64,000 bases of DNA from Veleropilina oligotropha. Taxonomy: Eukaryota. The stretch lies in assembly GCA_048128005.1 (NCBI GenBank), contig JBEUKZ010000080.1, forward strand, positions 124,001 through 188,000. The letters run 5' to 3'. The notes under the pieces were generated by a model. That model saw only the letters and a list, made by a program, of their open reading frames with translations, did not search any database and was not told the origin of the DNA. Positions 38,701 through 51,088 of the stretch are shown here, piece by piece (position 1 is the first letter of the stretch; every line of letters starts with the position of its first letter). The position numbers and the translations under genes are program-made.

Positions 38701-39601
38701 TATTATTGCTTATTGCATTCATAGTATGTATCATTGATGTCTCTCCTGTATATTCTTGTGTACATTGTACTGTAATATTAGTTATAGTTTGTACTGCGCT
38801 TAGAGCTACACTAGAATAGGCGCATTATAAATGTATTAAATAATAATAAAATAAAAAACCGCAACAAGAATCCGGTAGCCGAAAGGGCTATCCAAGAATT
38901 GGAAACTGAACTCTTACCCCGGTAGTACTTGCCGTCGCTGTTGCGCAAATAAATTCACGATTATCTTCTCGTGAAATGTGGACTCAACACGATCAGTTCT
39001 CTAATCAACAACTACCTTTTGAAGATCGCAAGTTGATTTTGGACCAACATAAGCTGCGAACCACTAACCACCCTTACAGCGAAAATTCGAAAGCTCCCAT
39101 GGGAAGGAAACCTCAAGACATACCTATAGATGTAGGAGATTTTGTCTACCTTCACGCAGACAGAAACAAGTCGGCTGCCAGGAAGAGATATCTCGTCGTG
39201 GCAATTGATGGGCCATGGTGCAATATCCGCAACTTCACTGGCTTTCAACTTCGTTGTGCATCGTATCGGGTCAAACGAACTGAGTGCTATAAAATACCGG
39301 CTTCAATCGACACTAATTGCACCACAACATCAGCTGTATTCGCGTGATTATACCTCTTCTGATGAGGAAACATCATGTGAGAAGGATCACATTTCTCTTA
39401 GTGCTCCTAATTTCCGGTGAACTCGACAATTTTCGACCAATTTCCCCACTGCCAGCTATGGACACACGGGAAGTCGACAATCCCAACTCACCTCCACGTG
39501 TTATCGAAGAGAACACTCTAGGGGCAACCAAGCCTCTCCGGAGATCGGATCGTCAGCGACGACCACCAAAGTATCTAAGTGATTTCGACGTTAAGTTTTA
39601 G
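32729..39601 (+). pseudogene. Gypsy gag-pol with multiple stops and frameshifts, interrupted by a LINE
   Basis: gag with CHLC..H..C knuckle, protease IDSGA, RT MGMPGS/KLADDL, RNaseH WIVTDG, integrase FAADI and KNPVAERAIQELE. Confidence 0.9.
36767..38856 (+). mobile_element. 5'-truncated L2/CR1-clade LINE nested in the Gypsy integrase
   Basis: RT ORF open to TAA at 38495 (NYRPVSNL, LDLSAAFDT, GVPQGSVLGP, YADD, LHWLP); 3' end GCGCTTAGAG..GGCGCATTATAAAT(AAT)n. The integrase reads IELG before the insert and KNRNKNPVAE after it. Confidence 0.92.
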
Positions 39602-40261
39602 TCATACATTTATATTTGTTGATGGGGTAGAATAATCCCTTGTGTGCCTGAGAGCAGTCTACTCCATGATGGCACCATTTTAACGATAGTCATAACGATA
39701 GTTATAAGAAATGAAGGGGCAGAATAATCCCTGTGTGCTAGAGGACAGTTTACCCAATGATGGCACCATTATATTAATTTAGATACATCTTGTGTGCATT
39801 GTAGTTAGACGTAGTGTTATTTCATACATTATATGTTCATAGAAAAGAAAAAAGTGGTCACGCCAATATCATTGTATTGTATTACAGTTAAGGGAGATAA
39901 GCTCTGTCTAAGCCTGCGCGCTTGGAGCTCTACTCCCAGTTAAGGGAGATAAGCTCTGTCTAAGCCTGCGCGCTTGGAGCTCTACTCCCAGTTAAGGGAG
40001 ATAAGCTCTGTCTAAGCCTGCGCGCTTGGAGCTCTACTCCCTGGACGCTCTTCTATCTTTGTCTCGGCGCCATTAAAAACGTGTTAGTAACGTGCATCGT
40101 CTTTTGGTTGTTTCGTCGATGTGTATAACTCCAACTTAACTGGTGCTGGATTTCTAAATTTACGGTTGGGAATTCTCCTCACAAGAAAACAAACGGGTAA
40201 TGAAAATGGCCTTATCTATAAACGTTAACATTACATGCCCATCCAAACCAACCTGCCTTAC

Positions 40262-40921
40262 CTTTCCGATTTCGTCTTGCAGTTGATATTGATTTAGTTG
40301 CATATATCCCTCGACCACCGACGTCAGAGACACTCTGCGCGTTTCCAGCGTCGGTTGGTGTCGCAATCGCGTCGCTCCCGTTGGCGAACCATGAGCAGTA
40401 TAAGGCATCGCTGCTCTGTCCTCGGACTTGCTGTAGGTGATGTAAGGCGTGCGGCGGGTGGGAGTCTGTCTGATGCCATTGTCTCCAGAGGAGGAGCACT
40501 CCACTGTAACAGGAGAATGATCCCCAGACGATACCTCCTTGCTGCCTGTCACCTCCATTTCAGAGATGTTAGTCCTGAGATCATTAGGAGTTAAACTGGG
40601 CACACCCAAATGTCCAATGAAGTCCACTACGGTCGAGCTTTGCTTGCGCGACTCGTCGTGGGGTTCGTCCACATGCATTTCGTCTGTGGGCTCATCTTTC
40701 GTATGAGGTGCATCGCTAGATATATTAGAACTCTTGCGATTCAATGGTGCCTTTGTAGTTCGTGCATTGATGCCAACTTTTTCCGTCATCATAGCACTGT
40801 CATAATCATTTTCTTTCTCTCCAAAACTTAACTCTTTCACAAATGTTTTGCCGACAGTGCTGTTCTCTGATGCTGATTGGCTACCTGTTTTTGGTGGGCG
40901 GGGTCCACCCTTGTCAATCAT
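40262..40921 (-). CDS. CAMKK: CaMKK first recognisable coding exon (low-complexity N-terminus to ...YMQLNQYQLQDEIGK)
   Basis: QLNQY.L..EIGK is the CaMKK kinase start; donor AAG|GTAAG at 40261; acceptor ttctttcAG at 40959, so the exon begins at 40958. The ATG at 40921 is the first in-frame one, but an upstream coding exon is possible. Confidence 0.88.
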
Positions 40922-41788
40922 CTCCTCGTGGTCTTGACTACGGTCAAAATGGCAGTTCCTGAAAGAACACGAAAGATAATAATATATCATTACTGTCACA
41001 AAATAACCAAATATAGTACATGTAACAGCATTAGGTTTATACCCCCAAAACACATTTAGTAATTGATAAACGTAAAGACAGACACAGCACAGATATAGAT
41101 GCAGGAAATTATATATGTTCACTAATATAAGACAAGTTCTTTTCAACGATCTTTGTCATATACCTAATATCTGCTTAAACATACTCATTTTTGGTGACGA
41201 AGATCAAAGTCATAAATATAACAAAGACATTTTTCAGAAAGTTCAAAAATATATCCTTGCAACAAGAAGATTCCATTAATCTAATATAATCTAATTAGTA
41301 GAGTCAAAAACCCAAAACAACTGTGCATTACCTATCTACTTAACCACTCACAAAATTACATTATAATACTTCATTGTAATTTTGTAATTAGCTACTACCC
41401 GAATTATGTATAATATATTGGATTATATTGTATATATATATAAGCCTGTGAAATTTTGTGTATCTGTGCACGTTTATACATTATTATTGTAACCATAATT
41501 ATTCCAGGTGAGGACACTCGATAAAGTTACTTGTAACTTTTTTTGTCCAAACCCTTTGCATGTAAATTTCTGCAATAAAATATGTTTAAATAAAAAAATA
41601 AAATAAAATAATATAACCAGGGAAACCGAGACGTGATCAAAGTTCAGCCACTGGAAATGACAAAATTTAGCAAGCACACATCAAGCACATTCCACACAAA
41701 TTAAACCACATTTAAGGACTTTTAAAGGCCAGGGTCAAAATTCATGCAGCAAGTTAACTTTGCAACAATAATGTCTGTAAAAAGTGAC

Positions 41789-41970
41789 TGTCTGATTTAA
41801 CACCACAGTTGCCAGCAAGAAAGTTAATTAATAAGGTCCTCGAGTTCATAAGCATGGCGACTGCATAGAATTTAACGTGTCTGATTTAACACCACAGTTG
41901 CCAGCAAGAAAGTTAATTAATAAGGTCCTCGAGTTCATAAGCATTAAAGGCGACTGCATAGATTTTAACG
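41789..41970. repeat. ~90-bp direct tandem duplication (2 copies)
   Basis: TGTCTGATTTAACACCACAGTTGCC...GGCGACTGCATAGA is repeated. Confidence 0.9.
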
Positions 41971-42877
41971 AGTCTATACTATATTCATGCTGCTAAGCAC
42001 ACAGCATAGTTTTTAGTACTTTCAGTATAACTGAGAACACCACTGCAGACACACACATAAACACAAGAATATAACATTGTATCGCTTATTTGCTCAACAA
42101 ATTGTTTGATTTACAATTTAGTATAATATATAAGATATCAAGCCCATTGTTACAGCATCCAGGACATATTATAACAGTACACTAATACTGTATGATTCAC
42201 ATAACATGTAAAAATTCCAATTAAATATTTATAAGTGACATATGGTAAACAGATACAAATATGAAAAATCCAGTTATAAATAAATACTGTTTATATATAT
42301 AAATATAACTCTTCTGGCAAATTCTTCAGTTGGTAGAAATTATTTAACCAATCTACTCTGATATATTGTAATTCTTCAATTTGCAAATTATATCTACATT
42401 CAGTATACTGATTATAGTTATAATTTGGAAATTAAACATACATGTGTCATTCATTATTAAGTATACCGTAATTATGAAAAATCATAATACTTCGTCAAAT
42501 GAATATTTGACACAAAGGTGACTAAAGTAACATTCATCATCATGAAATGTAAAAATTAGCATCAGGCATCACGCAGTTCATCAACAACTTGTGATTTAAA
42601 GGTATTTCAAGCGGTTTATGAGATACATAATCCGGAAAAGCCGACTGTGAACCAAGGTCAACATGCAACTCTGCCAATATAGTCACAATGCAACTTAAAT
42701 TTGGCACAGTTTTAGGTACAACCAGGTTCATAAAAGACACGTCAAGCTGTTTATGAGATAATTATACTGCATGACCAGCTGGAAAAGATAATTTTACGGA
42801 CTAGGGCAACCTTTTTTATGGAATATGACACAATTAAGGGAAATAACTCTGTCAATAATTACCTTAACACATTAAAA

Positions 42878-45800
42878 TGAGGTTTTTAATTAAACCTAAT
42901 ATTAGTTAAAACATACTTACGTCCTTACTCTTGCCATAATAGTCATATTATCGCCAACCGGAAACAGTGAATAAAGTCACATTTAGGCACTCCTTTTAAG
43001 TCAAAACACTACGATTACCTCCCCTGCTCCACCTCTCCTAAGTTCCCCCAGCGAGATCTCGCCAAGTCTCGCGAGACATCCGAGCCAACGAAGTCACAAG
43101 ACCTCAATTCAAAGTTCAGAACCCCAAAGGAACTTAGTAGAGGGGAGGAATGCGAAACGCAGGGTGGGTAATCGCAGTAAGGACGTAAGTATGTTTTAAC
43201 TAATATTAGGTTTAATTAAAAACCTCATATGTAGTTACAAACATACTTACGTCCTTACTCTTGCCAGAATAACCTTGGATATGTGGGTAAGAAGTTCCTT
43301 ACAGCAAACCCAAACAAGATAATGACTTACTTTTCACCATTTCAATCAGCATGAAGCGTCGATTGTGTCCGCCCAGAGTGGAATTTACTGAGTATTATAT
43401 TCTACTCTTACCAAGCGAGAATTTCGACCAGTGTTACCGGGAGAATACGCCGTGGTGTTAGTCGGACGAGGTGAAGCGGAAGTGCACTCAGCCCCAGGCA
43501 CGGCCGGAAGGATTATCCTTGTAGGTCTTACGTGTCATGGGCCAGTGGCAGCCAAATGGTACTCCTGGCCATAGGCCGGTAGCCAGAGGAAGCAGTCGGA
43601 TTGCACACGGAACCTAATAGCTAGGTAGTGAAGATATCAAATCATAAGCAAAGAATTAATAGATTATTATAAATAATCGATATTAATAGTGATTCGCATG
43701 ACCAACTTGCGAAAGGCTAACATGTACAACATGTTACTTAAAAATAAATTTTAAGGAAGCAAATATTAAAAAATTTTCAATGTCTTGAACATCGTATGGT
43801 CTATACAGCATAGAACATCAATAATATTGAACCTCAAAATCTTTTAAGACTTTTTGCAATATAATTGTTTATTAAATTCAATGTGAACTGGCTTGTCAAA
43901 ATACTCAGGTATGACATGAAAATATCAAGATCTTAAAATGTTTTTAAGAAATGAACATACATTGAATCGCCTCATAATGTCTATTTCATAGAATAGCAAG
44001 GCATAACAATAACATTGCGTCAGCACGAAGTATTTAATTGATTAATCAAGAAAGAATACTCACTGATTAGACGACCTCGGTCTAACAATACATCGTTGAG
44101 CAGCCACACACTGTAGACTGCTCAAACCATCAGCACCTGTTGAATAATCCCGCAGGTAATGTTTAACAAAGACATTTGCATTCTTCCAGTAACCTGCTTG
44201 AAGCAGCGCTGTGATATTTAATCTATGTCGGAAAGCAATAGAAGCCGCAATTGCACGGACCTCGTGCGCGCGGACGGATAAAATAGTGCGGTCTACTTCT
44301 TCACAGCGAGAGTACACATCTCTCACCACCTGTGAAATCCACCGCGAAACAGTCGTCTTCGTAATGTCGCGGGTATATGAAGGTAAATACGAAATGAATA
44401 AACGTAATTTTCCTTGCCGCATATCACGGGTCCTGTCGAGGTAGAAGCGCAGGGCCCGCACGGGGCAGTTTAACCGGTCTATATCGTGCTTTCCGACCAG
44501 CGTAAGCTTGGGGATAATAATATCAGGTGCGTCCTCGTTCGGCCGTTGATTCTTGGCGAGAAAACCCAAGATAGGACGCAGCATCACCGACCCGTCTGAC
44601 TGGAATCGAATATCTCGTAGCTCGGCGGATAAACTATGAATCTCGGAACAACGCCTGCCCGACGCTAAGGCGATCAGAAAAACCGTTTTGTGCGTTAAGT
44701 TCCACATAGACACCGTGGACATCGGCTCGTACGTGGGTAAGTGTAGAGCGTTAAGAATGAGAACGATATTCCAGGCAGGTGGCCGTATGGTTCGGGTCGG
44801 CATCTCGAGTTCGTAGGATCGTATAAAATCCGAAATCGTTCGGTCGCTAGATAGGCCAACATGGGCACGGCACTGTTTCAACGTGGTCGCGATCGTTGCC
44901 CGATAGCCTTTGACGGCGGACACTGACATACCGCGTTCAAAGAGCGACGATAAAAACTCGATAAACTTGTTCACAGGGGGGGCGGAGAATATTGACCTGC
45001 CGGCTGTGACACCAATCCACGTACTTGACCCATCGGTAGTCATAAACTTTTGTCGTGGAAAGCCTTCTCGATCGGTAGATGCGTAGGGCTGTTGCGTGAG
45101 AAAATCCTTTCTTAGCAAGGGATCGTTCGATAACCGCCAGGCGTGTAAACGTAAGTCGTTCGGCGATGGATGTAGTACACGGCTGCGCGCCTGCATTAAC
45201 AGGTCCGGTCGCTGCGGGAGCGTTAACGGTCGATCGACGATCAGATCGAGGAGGGTCGGAAACCAAGGTTGCGTGCGATACAGGGGCGCGATTAGCGTTA
45301 TCTCGCAACGTTCGTTCGATGCCTTCTGTAATACCAGTGTCAGAATGCACGACGGGGGGAAGGCATACGCGGACAGATTCTCCCATGTCATTGACAGTGC
45401 GTCGACCGCTAGGGCGGCCGGGTCCGGGTACGGGGAGACATACAGAGGTAGTCGGTAATTGAATTCTGTTGCAAACAGATCGACTTGGGGTTGTGACCAC
45501 CGGCGACAAACGTCCCGAGCTACTCGGCTGTGTAGCGTCCACTCTGTGTGTATTATCTGTGATTTCCGAGAGAGCGAATCCGCTCTGACATTCAGCTTTC
45601 CCGGGATGTGTCGGGCTCGAATCGTCGAGTTGAGGGACATCACTAGGCGGTGTAGGTCTATTGCTCGGTCGCAAAGGGGACGCGAGCGAGTGCCGCCCTG
45701 GTGCTGGATGTAAGCGACGACAGTCGTGTTGTCCGTGGCGAGCATTATGTGCTTGTTGCGGAGATGTGACGAGAGGGACCGTACTGACAGGTAGACGGCT

Positions 45801-48800
45801 TCTAACTCTAGGAAGTTGATATGTCGTCCCTGAAGGTCCGTCGGCCATAGGCCTGATGTCTCGTAACTGTCGAGGTGACCACCCCAGCCGTCGTTCGAAG
45901 CGTCTGTGAACAGGTAAGCGTTCGGCTCTGGCGGGGATATAGGAACCGACTGGTCCGGCAAAGCAGGGTTCAACCACACTGCTGTTGTGTTGGTAAACCA
46001 ATGCCGAAGATCGATGCGATCCGTCCACTGCCCCGTCCGTTGTATCCAGCGATCTCTGAACGCCTGTTGTAACGGTCGTTTGTCCATTCGACCCGTCGGT
46101 AGCAGGGTCGCTACCGACTCGATGTGCCCTAGGACAGTGGCCAGTTGTCGCGCCGTAGTTATGTCCGATGACAGGGTGTCTTGAATAACCGCGCGTAGGT
46201 TCCGCATACGTTTCTGGGTCGGTTTCGCGGTGTACCGGACCGTATCGAAGTCGACTCCGAGGAACGTAAACGTCGTCGAGGGCACGAAGCAGGATTTTGT
46301 CTCGTTGATCTGAAATCCCAGGCGCTTCGTCGATGACAGGGTAAAGCTCGTAGACCGGAGGCACAGATCTCGGGACGCCCCGAGGATCAGCCAGTCGTCG
46401 AGGTACATATGTACCCTGTGCCCTAGAGAGTGTAGGAAGGCTCCGAGGGCCTGTACTGTTCTCGTGAAGACGTACGGGGCTGACGATAGACCGAACGGTA
46501 GGCACCTGAATTGGTAGATCGTCTCCCCGTGTATAAACCGAAGGTACTGATGAGCCGTGATATGCATCGGGACATGCAGATACGCGTCGGTCAGATCGAT
46601 AGACGCTGCCCAGTCTCTCGGACGGATGGCCGCTCGTATCTTCGAGAGGGTTTCTTGCTGGAATTTCTCGGTGCGAAGATATCGGTTGAGATGCGAGAGA
46701 TCGAGGATCGGTCGCCAGCGGCCATCGTGTTTCGGGACCAGGAAGAAATGGCTGTAAAATCCTGGTGTGCTGGGCGGCGCGGGATATATCACTCTTTTTA
46801 GGAGCAAATCCCGCACTGCCTGGTCTAAGACCGCTTGTTTCTCTCCATTTAGGAGGCGAGCGTGTCTTGGTGGTGGTGCCTCGGTTAGGGTCAGATGCCG
46901 GTTGAATGCCAACTTGTATCCGGCACTCACGACTAAGTGGACCCAGCTGCTGTCCGTTAGTTCCAGCCACGACTGGCTGTACGCTAACAGACACGCTCCC
47001 ACCGGCGGAAGCGGGCAGCTGGGACCGTCGCAAATGCCGGCAGCCCTAGGGCCGAGGCTTCCCTCTCCCGCTCTGCGTACGGGGTTTCGCTGGAGGTGCT
47101 CGCCTCCTCTGAATGGGTTTATTGGCCGGAGGCCTACCACCAGAAGAGGGCTTCGCACGCTTGGAAGGCTTCGGGGTCCGGGTGGGCCCTGAGCGCTTCC
47201 TCGAGTCGGCAGGTGGACCCCGAGCGGGGTGCAGTACCGCCTTCTCGATGGCACGGTCCTTCATGTCCGCCGCTCTCTTGTCGACGAACTCCGTAAAGTT
47301 GTCGCCAAAAAGAGTGGTGGCCGAGCAAGGCACGCATCGCAACGAGCGCCGGGTGGCCTCGTCTAGCGAGGTGCCTTCCAGGCAAGCATCCCTACAAAGT
47401 AGGAGTGCATTGCCCAGGACACGTCCCGTCTCCAACGCGCTGGTCTCCTGTGCGGCAGCAACCTCCTGAAGGAAGGACAGGGCAGCCTCGCGGGCGCCGG
47501 GTCCTTCCTCCTGTAGTACGGCTATCGCCCCGTCCAGGAAAAAATCCTGAACGGACGACAGCCGCAGAGCCCGTCGGGCGGCGCTCTCGAAAGCTTCCAA
47601 GGCGGACCAAGGAACTTTCGCCACGGAGGGAGTGTGACTGGCGGTCAGTCGACGCAACGCTGCGTCTACATGAGCCGGCTCAGTCGTCAGGCACGGACCA
47701 GTACAAGCGAACGGGATCGCTCGCGCACTGGCCCGGAGGTACCTCCCACTACGGAACCCCGAAGGGAACTCGGTCAGCGGTGAGGACTCCACCGGATTGC
47801 GCCCCTGTATGAGCTTGGTCGTCGAGTCGACCAACTAGATCGACCAGCCCAGACTGAGGTAAGCACGGGGGCTTCCCTCTCAACAAACCGATGTGCTGCC
47901 GTCCTGTGCTTGGCTGAACCTACGGCCGACCGAGTCGGTTCCGGCAGGCCAAGCACCCCGCGAAGTGACGCAACGGCGTCGAGCCTTCGGCGGGTGGAGG
48001 AGGTCGGCTCCTGCGTGCCTGAAAGACTTGCGTCTTCGGGCCCGACCGATTCAGGGAGGTCGGAGTGATAAGAATCGAGGTCCTCGCCGGAACGAGGGTC
48101 GATCTCCATCATGGAGGCAGGAGCCGTGCTCTGCGCCATTGGCAGAAATGTAGGTAACAGGCGCGGCTGGGGAGCCGTCGGCCAGTCCTTACATTGGGCC
48201 TCGAACCCCGCCGCGATCCATGCCTGGACGTTCTCCAAAGAGAAACCCGGAGGCAGGACGGGCGTCGAACTAACAGCCGGTAGTTCTGTCGAGGATACCG
48301 TGGCGCTAGGTAGACGGGCTGCATGGACAGGTGGAGCCGAGAACCAGGGTCTCGGGGCACTTGTCGAGCGGTCGAACCCGAAAGAACGGCCCGAAGGCAC
48401 GTTCGGTGGGCCGGACGACCGGTAGGACTGCGGCAACAGTCCGTATCGGTCTACCGCTCTGTTCGCGAGAGGCACGGTCGGAAAACCGCCGTAGAACCCC
48501 TCACCGAACGCAGCCGGTCCGTCCACGTTCTCTAGCGTGACCATCGTGGGTGCACGGGAGAGAACGGGCCCTCTGAAACACTCGTGAGCATCAAGGTTGA
48601 GCGGAAAACCCCTCGGGGTAGTCGCGTCGGTCTCGACCGAGGTTTCAGGTGTCGCCAATTGTCCGGATCTTAGACCATCGTAATGGTGTCCGGCCTCTAT
48701 ATTGGCTTTCTCATTGGGTTGCACTCCGTCGTTAAACGGAGAGTTTCCCGCAGAAGGACTAACGAATCCCGGATTCTTCGAGGCCGAAGAAAAGGAGGGG

Positions 48801-49867
48801 GATCGTCTGCCCTGCTCAGCTGTTCGCTGCGCTGCCAGATATACCTTGCTAGCCGGCAAGGTATGGTTGGTTGCAGCTACTAGGCCCGGTTGAGGAGGAA
48901 CGGTCTGCACTCGGGCTGTTACCTGAATCTGGGATCCCGGCAAGGTTTCGGCGACTCCCCCATGAGTCGCGGAGGTTTCGCCGGTAGATCCGGCGACAGA
49001 CGGTACCTTACGTCGGCTGTCGTCCAGCGTCCCTGAAGCAGACAAAGAAGAAACGTTATCCCTTAACTTACTAGTCTCTTCCTGCCCCTTCTCCGGGGGA
49101 GGACCCACCGTGGCAGCCGCCCTGGTCGGCTTCACCGGAGGGAAAAGAATCGCCCACTGCTTCTCTGAAAAACCTAAGCACAGTTCACATTGGTACTTAC
49201 GACTACAATTACGGTGAACGCGGCATTCCGTGTGCTTATCAAACCCGTGAATCTTCTGGTGACACCCGGAGTTACTGCACCGGACCATAGCTGATACACG
49301 GGAGGGTGGTAGTGGGTGGACGGGGTAGATAAATAGGTATATATTTGGTAGTTGTGACTTTTACTACTACAACTCTTTAAATTGCCCTGATCTGAAGATC
49401 AAAGATCAAGCGATATACCGCAAAATAACCCCGAACTGGGGACACCGAGGCCGGGTAATAAACCCGGCAAATTGACTAGAACAAACGGGGGTTCTTTATT
49501 AGAAAAAACCGCCCAGGAAAACACCTGAAAACCTCGTGGATGTTTTTAAGTTAGTACAATGGCGTATTATCCCAGCAACGGCAGGATATCAGAATAACTA
49601 AAAGTGATATCTAAACAATCCTGCCTATTATTATTAACGACGCTAGAATTTTTATACACAATTACCAGCAATAAGCGTCGTTAAGGAATTATCCAATATA
49701 ATGAGTTACCTGTTTGCAGTCTCAAACAATATCAGATAAAAATACCGACCAGAAATTTCTTCTACTACACGAAACTTCCCCTCTAAGCGGCCATGCTTTT
49801 CCCTGCAACAGCGGCGATGTCGGTTTCACTTGATTTCCAGAACTTCTCGAAGTTTAGAATCACAATA
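42878..49867 (-). mobile_element. DIRS1-like retrotransposon copy B (left ITR not in window)
   Basis: Right terminus TGAGG at 42878, ICR ~43177-43266. gag 47046-49288 is frameshifted near 47860. RT (YLDD)-RNaseH-MTase and YR are present. An extra G in the run at ~44976-44982 shifts frames. Confidence 0.93.
44060..47254 (-). CDS. DIRS copy B RT-RNaseH-MTase running into the YR catalytic domain via a +1 indel (mutation or assembly error)
   Basis: YLDD, TDAS, DLFA, YAFPP, then ASGRRCSEI, RAHEVRA and FVKHY in one ORF; these are separate frames in copy C. Confidence 0.75.
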   Translation of the reverse strand: MPSRRRYCTPLGVHLPTRGSAQGPPGPRSLPSVRSPLLVVGLRPINPFRGGEHLQRNPVRRAGEGSLGPRAAGICDGPSCPLPPVGACLLAYSQSWLELTDSSWVHLVVSAGYKLAFNRHLTLTEAPPPRHARLLNGEKQAVLDQAVRDLLLKRVIYPAPPSTPGFYSHFFLVPKHDGRWRPILDLSHLNRYLRTEKFQQETLSKIRAAIRPRDWAASIDLTDAYLHVPMHITAHQYLRFIHGETIYQFRCLPFGLSSAPYVFTRTVQALGAFLHSLGHRVHMYLDDWLILGASRDLCLRSTSFTLSSTKRLGFQINETKSCFVPSTTFTFLGVDFDTVRYTAKPTQKRMRNLRAVIQDTLSSDITTARQLATVLGHIESVATLLPTGRMDKRPLQQAFRDRWIQRTGQWTDRIDLRHWFTNTTAVWLNPALPDQSVPISPPEPNAYLFTDASNDGWGGHLDSYETSGLWPTDLQGRHINFLELEAVYLSVRSLSSHLRNKHIMLATDNTTVVAYIQHQGGTRSRPLCDRAIDLHRLVMSLNSTIRARHIPGKLNVRADSLSRKSQIIHTEWTLHSRVARDVCRRWSQPQVDLFATEFNYRLPLYVSPYPDPAALAVDALSMTWENLSAYAFPPSCILTLVLQKASNERCEITLIAPLYRTQPWFPTLLDLIVDRPLTLPQRPDLLMQARSRVLHPSPNDLRLHAWRLSNDPLLRKDFLTQQPYASTDREGFPRQKFMTTDGSSTWIGVTAGRSIFSAPPVNKFIEFLSSLFERGMSVSAVKGYRATIATTLKQCRAHVGLSSDRTISDFIRSYELEMPTRTIRPPAWNIVLILNALHLPTYEPMSTVSMWNLTHKTVFLIALASGRRCSEIHSLSAELRDIRFQSDGSVMLRPILGFLAKNQRPNEDAPDIIIPKLTLVGKHDIDRLNCPVRALRFYLDRTRDMRQGKLRLFISYLPSYTRDITKTTVSRWISQVVRDVYSRCEEVDRTILSVRAHEVRAIAASIAFRHRLNITALLQAGYWKNANVFVKHYLRDYSTGADGLSSLQCVAAQRCIVRPRSSNQ

Positions 49868-51088
49868 TGAGGTTTTAATGTAAACCTAATATTAGTATAA
49901 AACATACTTACGTCCTTACTCTTGCCATAATAGCATATTATCGCCCAAACCGGAAATGGTGAATATGTCCCATAATGCACCGTTATAAGCCAAAAAAGCA
50001 CACGGTTACCTCCCCTGCTCCTACCCCCCACGTTCCCTAGCGAGACTTCGCCAAGTCTCGTGAGACTTCTGAACAATAGAAGTCACATGACATCAATTCA
50101 AAGTTCAAAAACCACAAAGGAACGTAGTAGAGGGGAGGAATGCGAACGCAGGGTGGGTAATCGTGTAAGGACGTAAGTATGTTTTATACTAATATTAGGT
50201 TTACATTAAAACCTCATATATAGTTACAAACATACTTACGTCCTTACTCTTGCCAGAATAACCTTGGATAGGTGGGTAAGACGTTCCTTACAACAAACCC
50301 AAACAAGATAATGACTTACTTTTCACCAATTCGATCAGCATGAAGCGTCGAGTGTGTCCGCCTAGAGTGGAATTTTTACTGAGTATTATATTCTACTCTT
50401 ACCAGGCGAGAATTTCGACCAGTGTTACCGGGAGAATACGCCGTGGTGTTAGTCGGACGAGGTGAACGGAAGTGCAATCAGCCCCTGGCACGGCCGGAAG
50501 GATAAATCCCTGTAGGTCTTACGTGTCATGGACCAGTGGCAGCCAAATGGGTCTCCGGGCCTATAGGCCGGTAGCCAGAGGATGCAGTCGGATTTGTAAG
50601 CACACGGAACCTAACAGGTTGTGAAAGCTTTAAAATCAAAAGCAAAGAATTAATAGATTATATAATAATCGATATTAATAAGTAGTTCGTATGACCAACT
50701 TGCGAACGCTAACATGGACGACATGTCACTTAAAATAAATTTTAAGGAAGCAAAAATGTTCGACATGTTACTTAAAAATAAATGTTAAGGAATCAACATT
50801 TTAAATGTATTGAACATCGTATGTTCGATTACAGCAAAGAACATAATAATATTGAACCCTAATCTTTTTAAGATTTGTGCAAAATTATCAAAGTTGTTTT
50901 ATTAAATTCAATGTGATCTGGCTTATGTCAACACTCAGTCTGACATGAGAAGTACAAAATCTTAAATTAGATTTAAGAAATGAACAGACATTGAACTGCC
51001 CCATAGGTGTTAATTACATAGCACCGTTTGGCCAACGAAAATAAAATGGCGTCAGTAAATATGCAAATGAGCAATCAGAGAACAATAC

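Larger units (their letters stand above)
31908..40140 (+). mobile_element. Gypsy/Ty3 LTR retrotransposon (decayed), antisense within CaMKK intron
   Basis: Direct LTRs ~31908-32329 and ~39855-40140, PBS-like TGGCG at ~32612, PPT AGAAAAGAAAAAAG before the 3' LTR; gag-PR-RT-RH-IN domain order. Confidence 0.92.

Noticed and set aside
39624..39770. HDV-like ribozyme on the minus strand
   Set aside because: P1/P2/P3-like order is present, but there is no P4 or catalytic C in J4/2, and it would be antisense to the element.
40959..41146. N-terminal hydrophobic extension of ORF 40160..41146
   Set aside because: Lies upstream of a clear splice acceptor, is AT-rich and starts at TTG; it is intronic read-through.
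44960..45000. Genuine RT-YR fusion protein or programmed frameshift in copy B
   Set aside because: Caused by one extra G in a homopolymer run absent from copies A, C and D; likely a mutation or sequencing error.
44937..48900. Numerous antisense and alternative-frame short ORFs in the DIRS copies
   Set aside because: Expected in GC-rich dual-coding sequence; no recognisable domains.
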